Under the pieces are notes generated by a model. That model was not told where the DNA came from. It saw nothing but the letters and a program-made list of their open reading frames with translations, and ran no database searches. Shown one piece after another: positions 13,909 through 25,200 of a DNA stretch of 64,000 nt. Position numbers and translations under genes: made by a program. Origin of the DNA: Paraspadella gotoi (lineage: Eukaryota; Animalia; Chaetognatha); contig CM119270.1 in assembly GCA_051294375.1 (NCBI GenBank), positions 15,161,921 through 15,225,920 of the forward strand, written 5' to 3'. Every line of letters begins with the position of its first letter. Position 1 is the first letter of the stretch.

Positions 13909-14602
13909 TAGGGTGAAGTGAAGGATACGGATCCAAATATAGCAGTCATATCTAGAAAACTATCTGATTAACGAATACTAATCTTAAATTATTATTTTTT
14001 TTAATAATATAATAGCACGGTCAGCTCACTTTGTAAATATATAATGTCATAATTTCAAAATATTTTTATTTAAATTCTGAGACCAGATTTAAATTTTTCA
14101 CAAAAAAGATTATTTTTTTTAAAAAAAATTTTGTTTTAGAAGAAGTTTGAATTTAGATAGCAACGATTTTATTTAATTGTTATCTAGATTCAAACATCTA
14201 AATCTCAAACTGTAACGAAAAAAAGGATTTCTCAACAAATTGAAAAAATTATGTTATAAAGTCAGTTAATATTGCAATAAACTATATTTTTAAGTTGGAA
14301 AATAAAAAATCTATATTTTAAATATATTTTTTTCCATTTTTAACTTACTTAATGAAAGAATTTTTAAAAAAGATTCATCCTTTCTTTTAATAATTTTTTG
14401 GAACGAATTCAAATCCGGTCTTAAAATTTGAAAATTTATATTTAAAAAATTTAGCCTATATATACTTATTATTATATAGCTCACTGGTGCCCACAAATGT
14501 ATACAATTAAAAAATAAATTTAAACCAAAGTATTTAGTTGTTTTAATGTTTTCTATGCTAATTTTTAATTTTATATTTTGTTAAAATTTTCACATCACTC
14601 CA
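13909..14602 (+). mobile_element. Non-autonomous hAT-like MITE, family A
   Basis: Termini TAGGGTGAAGTGAA / TTCACATCACTCCA. Homologous along its length to the inverted copy at 36205-36818 (e.g. shared TATAGCTCACTGGTGCCCAC). Confidence 0.8.
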
Positions 14603-15299
14603 GAGATCGGATCGTCGCCCGAGAAATTGCCAGATTGGCACTGGATGGCTCGTCCTGGTTCGACAGGAGTCGTGTGACTTGACGCCAAAAAGTTCGGAAG
14701 AAACAAATCCCATGCCTGAGTTAAAAGGTTTGATAATTTGCTGGTACGAGCGTGATGATACAGTCGTGTGAACCGACAAGGAATGTACAAAAATTGTACA
14801 CGTACTGGCCCGTGACTCCCGTCACCCGTTTTTTAAACATAAGGCTCGGAGAGAAAAAAATTGTTTCGACTTCCAAGACTTGGCGAGCGAAGCCTTATCT
14901 CAGGTTCTTTTGGTATTGTAAATGTAAACATTAATTCGAAAGATTTATTAGTATATAGTAAGTATAGTATATAGTAGTATAAAGTGTAGTATATAGTAAT
15001 ACTAATTCACTAAATAGTCCGAATCTTTCCTAGATCGAAAGACGGCCAGCGAAATCAAGAGTCCTGACAAAACGCTGCACTCTCGACCCGCAGGTTGCAG
15101 TCAACACCCGCAGTGCGTGCTCGCCGCTGGTCTCGTGCGACTAAGAATTCTCGAACGATTACATTCTATGTTTCGAGAAGTATTTAATTCATTTTTAACT
15201 TTCCGAATTACAAATTATAGTTTTAATAATGTAATAACCGCCCATGTTCGTAAAACACAAAAATTTAAGGGTCGTATTACCGCTATTTATGAATAAAAC

Positions 15300-15671
15300 A
15301 TGGGGACAAATGTCGAAAAAGGCTTGGTGGTTTGCTTTATCGTAGGTATTATGATCAGGTAATTTATCAGAGTATCATGTCTGTCCTTTGTTTAAATACA
15401 CTCGTTTTCATAATAAATTAAATAAATTAACTTAGAAATTATAAAATCAATGCCCAGTTTTAACGCGGAACCCGTCAAAAGTTTCAAGTGCAAATCCCTC
15501 ATGCAGAGTTGCACTTACACGCAAGAATGTTGCCACTCCAACGCTGATTCTACGCTCGTTTGCGATACCTCTTTGCGCTATTGTTGCCTCCCTTGCGGGG
15601 CCTTCTGCAACTCTACCAACTATTGTTGCGGTCAAATGGCTTGCAGTTGGTTAGGATTTTGTACGTGTTGA
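15300..15671 (+). CDS. Secreted cysteine-rich peptide with tandem (double) inhibitor cystine knot; exons 15300-15358 and 15458-15671 (alternative in-frame pair: donor after 15345, exon restart at 15436)
   Basis: Spliced product MGTNVEKGLVVCFIVGIMISFNAEPVKSFKC...C with a hydrophobic signal-like N-terminus. Mature part has 14 Cys: C-x6-C-x5-CC-x9-C-x6-C immediately followed by C-x6-C-x5-CC-x4-C-x5-C, plus one extra pair. Confidence 0.75.
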
Positions 15672-16261
15672 GTAACTATGGATTTTATTCGAATTGCTAT
15701 AGGGGTATTTTTTTTTTAAATTGGAACAAATACGGTATGTATAATTATAATACTAAAGTTCACAAGTTTTAATGGTTTCCCTGTTACGTTGTTTCTCATT
15801 GCGAGTTCTCTATTCTTTATTCGAGATGAAAATTTTAACCTAAGTTTAAGCTCGTAATATTTCTGGCTAATTACATTTGTGTTTTTTCAACCGAAACGGA
15901 AGTAGACAAAACTATCGTATCTATTTCATTAAAACGTTCATGATTAATGCATAGTATCGTTTTTTTATGACTTTACATTCTGGTGTAAATTACAACAAAG
16001 GAGAGAAAAAAAATGTATCGATCGCATAGTACGACCAGTTATATACAAAATTTCTACGTATATATATATTTACATTAAAAAAAAAATTATAATTTAATCA
16101 CCCTTTAACATAATTTTCGTCAAAAAATAATATTAATGTGAAATAATACTCGCCATCGCCGAAAATACGCTCTGTAATTATTTTTTTCCTGTGCGAAGGA
16201 AGACTAGTAATTTTGTTTCAAAGATATCGTCGTTGCATTTATCGATGCTCATTTGTTTATC

Positions 16262-19200
16262 TCATCGCGCCGACGATGGAGGCGGAGGAATTTCCTGCGG
16301 CGGCGGAGGCGGCGGCGGCCCGTTTCCGGCAGATCTCGCCGCTTCCTCCAACGCTCTCATCTTGAGAGAATGCTCGCGGTGCTGCCTGAAGACAGAAAAT
16401 GGAGAAATGACTCGTAAAACCACAATGCCAAGTAAGAAAAAAGTTACATAATTTGAATTTCTAATGGAATTAATCATTGTTACGTTTTTTTAATGAACTG
16501 CGTAGTACGCAGTCCATTAGAGCGTAGTGAAAGATACGTACGGAAATTCTAAAAGTCAATTATGAAAAACATACCATCATTTGTAAAAAAAATTAATTTT
16601 ATGTTTTGTTAATTTTCGCAGTAGGCTATATTTATATATAGTACTATCCTTATAAAATCGAAAAATTTCAAAATAGGCTTTTCTTAATTTTGATTGCAGA
16701 TTTGAATTCCTTGTCAAAAGTTGATAAAAGAAAATATAAATCATTTTTAAAAATTATTTCATTAAGTGGGTTAAAAATTTAAAAAAATATATTTAATATA
16801 TAAAAAGTTAATTTTCAACTTAAAATATAGCTTTTTCTAATTTTTGACCCACTTAATGAAGGAATTTTTCAAAAATAGTAATATTTATTTTCATCAACTT
16901 TTTATGACGAATCCAAATCTGCAAAAAAATCTTAGAAAAAACTGTTTTGAAATTTTAACATTTATTGGATTAGTACTCGTATAAATATGGCCTACTGCGT
17001 AAATTGTAAAATTTATTATAAATTTTTTATTACATAAATGTTCATTAGTATAATGTTGTTCGTTTATCACTTTTAGATTTTTATTTAAAGTTCAATTTAG
17101 AAATTTTACTACGCCTTATGTACCTCATGTACTCCTCCTGCAGCGCCTGATGCTGCAAAGCGGCGGCCGTGGCGGGTCCGGGCGGCGGCGGATAACCTGG
17201 GGGAAGGGCAGCGAGGGCGGGCGGAGGTTGGTGGGCGTGGAGGCTGGCGAGGAGGCGGTCTCTCTCCGTCAACGCCAACTCCCGCTGTAGCTGCTCGTGT
17301 TGAGCCGCCTGAACGGACAGTTGCTGATTTGGAAAAGGTGGGAGAGAGAGGGAGTAGTAAAATAAGGAAAAATAAATTAATATGAAATTGGTACATCACA
17401 ATTCAATTAATAACTAACGTGGCTGGCGGCGACCGGGGAATCGTAGTGCGGCTGCGGATGCGGCGGTCGTAAAAGCAGCGCTGTCGCCGGCGGAGGATGT
17501 CCAGCGGCGGCAGCAGCGGCGGCCGTCAACAATTCTCTTTCCCTCAACGCCGCCTGACGACAAAATTGCGCAATAATAATTTTATATACATTATACAATA
17601 TACATGCATACATGTTTTTATTATATACTCATAATTATATGATAAAAATAAATAGTAAAACTTTATTTAATAATATTATAAAATAGTGAAACAAATAATT
17701 TTATAATTTTCATATTCATCAATAAAGGTGCTTCACCTGTTGCGCGGTAGTAAGCGCCGAGTAAGGATGGCCGGGTGGGTAAATGACTTGAGCCGCAGCG
17801 GCAGAGACTGTTCCTGCGCTGGGAGTTTCGGAGCCTAACCAAGGTTGGAAAGGTTAGTTCTGTGGCGACTTTATTGTAATTATAATTATAGATTAAAACC
17901 GTCACATATGAAATTAAGTTTGCTAAGATGATGCAATTCAATGTAATAAAAGTAGTTTCTTAAAAATCGAACTGATTGATGGCTGAACTGCAATGCCATC
18001 TTCATACTATAACGATTCAAGCAGTGCAATCGCGAAAAAAAACCAGTACAAGTACACAGTCAGCGAAACACCAGAGCTAAATTTAGAAGGCGTGAAACAT
18101 TAAAAATTACCAAAATGAAAAACAAATGAAAATGAAAACTAATTAATGTACAGAACGACATTTTTAAAAAAATCTTAAAGTATAGTGATCTCGCCAATCA
18201 TTACTATCAAAGAAAATTAATGAAAAAATTAGGAAAAAAAATGAATGATTGATGCGATAACGAATTATTGATTGATGTAACAGTAATTGATTATTGATGT
18301 AATGATAACCAAATATTGATACAATGATAACCAAATATTGATGCGATAATAATCATTTATGCAATAATAATTATTCATTGATTCGATGATAATCATTCAT
18401 TGACGCGATGAATTATTAATTATAAATAAAAACAAACAAATGCGTGTATGATAGAAAGAAAGAGTGAAAAAGAGAGAGCGACAAATAATTAAAAGAGAAA
18501 AAAAAATAAAGAGAAACTGGACAGCCGCTGCAGAATTAAATTTGTTTATATATATAAAAATTATTTTGTAAATAAATCAAACAAATGAATGTAGGAATAT
18601 GAAAAGTGTAAATCTAAAAAAACTTGCTGATTAGAAGTTATATCTAAATTTTTAGTTTTCAATGATTACACATTATTTTTAATGTTAAAACAGCGTGATG
18701 ATGACAACAACTGCGTTAAAAAAAACAAAAATGAATTAACATTTCGCCCAAGTCAGGCATTCGCCCGTCTGGCGAGATAAAAAAACTTAGCATATCGTTT
18801 TAATTTATTCAAAGAATAGTCTTCATTTTCATTGTTTAATAAGTATTTTCTAACTTGAGAATAACAATGACCGAAAAGCACCATCAACGCTTGCACAAAT
18901 AATTCAATAAACCCCCATCACATTGAAAAAGTGGTTCTCACTGCTCCTAAATTTAACTCTGGTACTTACTGAGCGCCAGTCGATCGAGAGGCTTGAGTCC
19001 CGGCGGAAGCGGCCGAAAACGGTCGGCCACCAAATCCCAAATACCTGGAGCCCCGCCGGCTACGGCGGCGGCCGCGGCGGCTGCGACCGCGGCGCCACCG
19101 ACCGTTGTCGTCGGCGGCGCCGGAAAAGGGATAGCCCCAGAAGATGAGGCGGCGTTGACGGAAGCAAGGAGCGAGGCGGAAGATGACAGTTCCGTCGGGG

Positions 19201-22200
19201 GAGCAGCGGGGGCGGCTGTTGTGGGCGGCGCTGATCCGGAAGGAGGAGCGCCCGAGCCGGCGGACGGCGCCGTCGGGCCCCCGCCGGGCACGGAGGGTGT
19301 CCCGAGGGGATGAAGATGAAGGTGAGTGTGAGAATGGGAGTGCATGTGGGCGTGGGTCTGTGGGTTAGGAAGAAGTGAAGGATGAATATATCAATATAAG
19401 CGAGCACCGTAAATATTCGGAAATAAAATCAAATTAACCGGAGATCCGGGCATTCACCTGAGGGGCGGGAAGCGTTGGGGGACTCGTGGTGACCGGATGA
19501 GACTGCGGTCCCTTGGACCCACCGCTGGGTTGGTGACCCGATTGATGGGCCGGGACGTGACCCAACTGGTGACCCGACTGATGCCCCGGCGGTTGACCCG
19601 GTTGTTGACCCGGATGTATGACCGAGTGATGGAAGGTCGAGGGAGACGGGACGGCGCCAGCGGAAGTGACGGATGCGCGGGATGAGGTATTCAAGACTGG
19701 AGAATCTGTAAAATAAAGGCGACGACATTGAATCGGAAATTAGTGATAAAAATTACTAAAAAATATATAAGCATAAGCATAACAATAGAGAAAATCATGA
19801 AAGGGTAAATGAGATTACAAGGTCAGGTTTAACTGACCACTAAACGGTTAAGTAGTCGTTTGGTGAACGAGTTGTAAAGTTGTTGTTGTTGTTGTTTAGA
19901 CCGCTAAAATATGCAGAAAAAAAAATTAATCATTGAATCATTGCTTTTAGTTTCAAAAAATGAACGGTTGGGCTCACTAATTTCTCCAATACGTATAATA
20001 AAATCGTTTTAAGTAACAACCTAACAAAAAGAAATTAATAGAAAGGAAAATAACATATTTTTTTTTCAAAAAAATAAATGTAAAAACATTCCTCTCAAAA
20101 TATAAACTAACTGGAAGAAACTGAAGGCATAGAGGGTGTCGGTTGCGCGGTAGAGACAGTGGAGGCGGCGGGACCGGTGGTTGTCGGCCCCACAGAATGT
20201 CGGCCTCCGCCGGGCGTCTTCCCCGAGGGCGGTCGCGTCGTCGGCGTTGTCCGTCCCCCGCCCGCACAGGCTGCCAAGGCCGCTTGCTGTTGCGCTTGCT
20301 GTTGCGCTTGCTGATGCGCTTGCTGTTGCGCCTGCTGCTGCGCTTGTTGTTGCGCTTGTGCGTGAGCCGCCGCCTGTTGTGCGGCAGCGTGATGCGCGGC
20401 AGCGACCTGACTCTGAGCGGCGGCGAGACTTCTGGCAGCAAAGGGATCACCCGCCATGGCAGAGAGCGCCAGCCTCTCGGCGTAGATTCTTTCCGCCATC
20501 ATTCGGTCGGCGGAAAGACGTTCGAGAGACGCAGCAGCAGCCGCCGCCTCGGACGACGACGCAGAAGCGGGAGGAGGTGGATAACCAGGCGGATAGGCGG
20601 TCGGGTTACCGGCCGCGGCGGCCGCCGCTGCAGCAGCGGCTGCTGCGGCGTGCCCGCCATTAAAGAAGGCCGCCGCGGCGACGGCAGGATGCCCCGGGGG
20701 CAGTAGACCTTGAGCGGCGGCGGCAGCATAGGCCCGTTGCAGGTTAAACAGGTGTGAGTCGACAAAGGCGGCGGCGGCGGCCGGGTGATGCGGCGGCAAC
20801 AACGGAGCCCCGCCACGGCCGTCAGCCCCCCCTACCGCCCCTAGCCGCATCTGATCGAATGCGGCGGCTGTGGCGGCGGCCTGTTGCATCTCCTGCATCC
20901 TCAACTTGTCCCGCATCTCCAACTCGCGGAGTTCGCGTTCCCTCAGTTCCCTCTCACGCGCGTCCCGCTCTCGCTTGTCGCGCTCCAACTCCATTTCCAG
21001 GTGCTCGCGAGTTCCTGCGGAAAGCACTTGAATTGTTAAGGTGAATGAATAAATATTCAACTAATACTGCTAATAGTTATACTAATAGTGGTTTCAAGAT
21101 ATTATGACGATTTTATTTTCTACTTTCCGCAAATAAAACCTGGAGGTGGTAGTCCTGTTTGGGCGGCGGCGGCAGCAGCGGCAGCGGCGGATGAAGAGGC
21201 GTGCTGATTTCCAAAGTTCGGCGACGAACTTCCCGACGACGAAGACACGGAGACGATTCTAGCGTAAGTCAGCGGATCCATTCCTGGGGGTACCGCGTGT
21301 ACGCCGGGATAGTGGGCTGCAAGAACCAATCAGTACCAAAAATGATTAAACCAATGATAACTTGCTCAAAATCAAATGGCAAAACAAGTTTAACAATATA
21401 TCACACCCGCTGGCGGCGGCGGTAAGCCATATGGAGGTATGGCGCGGGGATCGGGGGTTGACGCCACAGTCGCCGCGGCGGCGATGCCGGGATGGCCCGG
21501 AAATGGGGAGGGTGCGGCAGCAGTTGCAGTAGAGGTTGTGACCCCCAAAGCGGAGGCGTGTGGCCGAGCGTACTCGCTGAGTTGTCGTAGCGCTGGTGTG
21601 TCGTGTCCTGAAAAGAGAGGGGGAATGACATTTTATTCATTCAATTTGTTCGAAATGTGCGACACTGCCTAAAAAAATTTATTCAAATCTCCGCACATGA
21701 TAACAAAACTCACCGGGATACAATCGCGATAAATGTTCCGGTCCAAAAGGATGAGACGCTGACGGCGTGTGAAGAGTTCGGATTTGTGCGTCGGCAGATG
21801 ATGCTGTCGATCCCGGCGACGCGGCGCCGTTTCCACCACCGGCGCTGCTTCCGCCGCCGGCGTCGGACGGTGAGCGCCGGGTTTTATCGTCTCCCGCAGC
21901 ACGGGCGGCGGCCGCTGCTGCGGCAGCGGCAGCGCCGGGGCTTGTGGGACGCAGAGGTGAAGGGAGAGAGTCCGTGTAAGACTCGCTCTGGAGAGGATAA
22001 ATTAAATTTTCAAGTTTTATGTATTTGAATTGTTTGTTTGTTTGTATTTGATTGACTTTTCTACATAGGAGAAGCATTTCTTTTAATATATTTTACCGTC
22101 TTTCTCATTTCGGCCGGTTCTCCCTTGAATCCCTCTGTCTTGAAGGCCTCGACGGGAGCGACTCCATGCGCAGTACGATTGTCGGGTGACTGGAGGAAGG

Positions 22201-25200
22201 GTGGTCGCGCGAACTGACCCGTCGATGTATAGGGGGACAGCATCGTGCCTGTGTGCGTGGAACAATTTTTTAAAAAAAGGCCGCCAATCTTGAATAAAGG
22301 AAAACACAAGAATTATCTCAACAACCGATGACGATAACTCACTAGCTAAATGTTTGACGGGGGAGTCCCTCACGGACTTGGAAACGGGTGGGTATGGGTG
22401 ATGCACAGTATGCTGCGTCGATCCTAAGCGGAGTCGAGAGAGATGAAAAGCAAGGAGAATATGAGGCTAGTGTGCTAATATTTATATTTATAAAAAGTAA
22501 AAAAAAACTAAATTAAAGTCTTTTGTATAGTTTTTCTTTGATACCAATACTATATCATATTCACTTACCCTGCGTCGCTACTGCAGCTGCAGCGGAAGCA
22601 GCCGCTGCTGCCCTTCTCCTCTCTGCCTCTTCCTTTTTCCTTGCGTAGTTCGATTCTGGTTTCGGCCTGAGATAAAACTTAAACGTTTAAGTGAGGTACA
22701 AAAATTGTCATTGCAAAGACAAACAATACTTATTCGCAGGTTATGAATAAGGTAATGAATAAACGTTTTGTAAAGCAAGCTTTCGACCTCTCTTTACCTA
22801 AACTCCAAGTCTGTTCTGGAGCAGGAATCCCTGGCGCCGCGAAACCAGCGCCGCAAAAAAACGGCGTTGTTCGTCCGCGCCGTCTCGGTGGCGTCCGGTC
22901 GTGGCTCAGGGGTCGGGGTTCGCGACGGCGGAGGGGGAGAGGGATCGGGGGAGCAGGCCGAAGCCTGAGAGGAGGTTTTGTGAATGGCTAAATCGTGAAC
23001 CATGAATCGCGAATATGTTTACGGTTTTAAACTCACCTTCTCGTCGAAGGACTCCAGCTTTTGAGTCGTCATCGATCCAATCATCGACATCTGCCCAATT
23101 ATACAAATGAATACAAATATTTTAATAATTTCTGCTAAAGGTAATTAACGTAAATAACTGAAACATTTAAAACGAGTCAAACGCCAAGTATCTCCTTGAC
23201 TTACGCCCGTAAAGAGTTGGGGCGGCGCGGCGGCTGTTGCCCCCTGGTGCGGCGACTGCAACGGCGAGGCGCTGCGCCGATTGATCGCCGCTCCCGGGAC
23301 GATGGCGGAGGTGGAGGGATGGCCAAGGCTGGTCGTCGAGGAGGGTAGTACGTAGCCATGAGGCGGTTGAGGTTGATGGGCCTGTTGAGATGGGTTAGTA
23401 GACGCGGGGATCCCGTGCAGAGAGTGGGGGTAGCCAGAAATCTATTGAAAGAGGATGGAAAGAAAGAATTAGTGAAATATTAATAAAGAAACTTAAGAAT
23501 TTAACCTAATACATTATCTTAAACATTAGAAAATTGGTATGACAAATATCCATTTATTGAATAAACAAGATATCTTCGCATCCTCGATAACTTGTGGAGG
23601 GTTGAGGCCTCCGTTCCTCTTACGAGATGATTAAATAGCAAGACCCTGTAAGCTTTCAATTAAGACTCACAGTCTAGTTTATTACTAAAATTTGACCTTA
23701 AACAGTTATGACTGAATTTATTTACTTCAATTTACTTAAATATTAATGTATTGTAGCGAATCCTCAATTCGCCTCCCAACCATGAGTTCCGTGTTCAATC
23801 CCCTCACGGACTCGCTGGTTAAATGTGATGGGGTCGGCATAAATACGCTTGTGACATGGGGTGGTCACGCTAGGTCCAAAGCCCTGAGCGCTGGCTGTCG
23901 GGAGATGTCTCACACACCGGTCATCACACATGTCTCCCTTTGCCATAGTATATTCTTTTATTTTTATAACGCAAAATAAAGTTTTCTGGCTCTAATTTTT
24001 TGTTTTGTCCTTGCTTTCCGCTCCTTTTCCTGCTCTTCTTTCATTTCTTACCGCCAAACCAGACTCCTGCTTGACTTGAGGACCGGTGGTTCCTTGTTCT
24101 CCTCCGTGCGCAGGTCCGAGGTGTGCATAAGGGTAGGGGTAAAGGTGTGGATATCCGTGCTGCGCCGGAGGACCTCCGGGCAAACCGGGATGATGGGGAG
24201 ATAAGAGATGAGGGTGGAGAGGATGACCTGAATATTATTAAAGGGCCGTTGAAATATATTTATAGTATATTTATGGAACAAAATATGTATTTTAAAAAAT
24301 GATAAGTTAAAAGATCATAAATAAAAGAAAAAGAGGGAAGGGAAAGAGAAGTTCAGGCATTCCCGAGAATAATGGTAGAGTCGAACACTGGACTTGCTTC
24401 GAGAATTCAAGACAAGAAAAAAAAAAAAAAAACATATGTACACAAATGAAACGCTCACCTCCGTGAAGAGGATGCACGCTGGGAGACAAAACGCTTGGCG
24501 CTTCTCCCGAAGAGGAGGATGACGACGTTGAAGTCGACCTCGGCGGTCGAAAGCCGACAGAATGATTGGCCGGAGGATTGGAGAGCGCTGGGTGCGGAGC
24601 GGTCGTCGAGGAAGGTCTGCAAGTAAGAAGATGGATTAGGGATGGGAAGGAGATACTTGGCAAACTTATCATTTAGTTCTCGATGTTCTCGCATCCAACG
24701 ACTGACCTAGAGTGATCCTTCGTCGACGACGAGGACGACGACGGAATCATGGAACCCGGAGTGGCGAGATTCGATTCCGATTTTGGTTCCACCTTCGGCT
24801 CTTCCTTTTTAATCTATAAAGTGACGGGTTTTAATTAAATTTCATTTAAATTTTTATTTTTTTATTTTTTCATTTAAATTACCCGACTAATTATAAATAC
24901 ATATAATTACGTAATATACAGAAATATTCTCAGCATGCAATGATTCTCACATTTATAGCTGGGCTCACCTCGTGATTGAGAAGGGAGGAGGCGGAATGAG
25001 GCACACTATGAGCTATCACAGCATGAGTAACGCCAAGGTGGGTCGACGATGGAAACCGATGAGGGGAGAACGCGTGGGAAGGCTGACGCACGAAAAAGTC
25101 AAAAGCACTTGATACTTATTTGTTGAAATGGAATTAAATACGAGTTTTATTAAAAAAGTTTCTCTACCTGCGGATAGGAACCGAGCGTCAAAGGCAACGA

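Noticed and set aside
14590-14900. GC-richer block with short ORFs on both strands
   Set aside because: No recognisable motif and no consistent exon chain.
15060-15125. SECIS-like TGAC...AAAA
   Set aside because: Lacks the 3' GA of the quartet, the geometry is wrong, and no Sec-containing ORF is adjacent.
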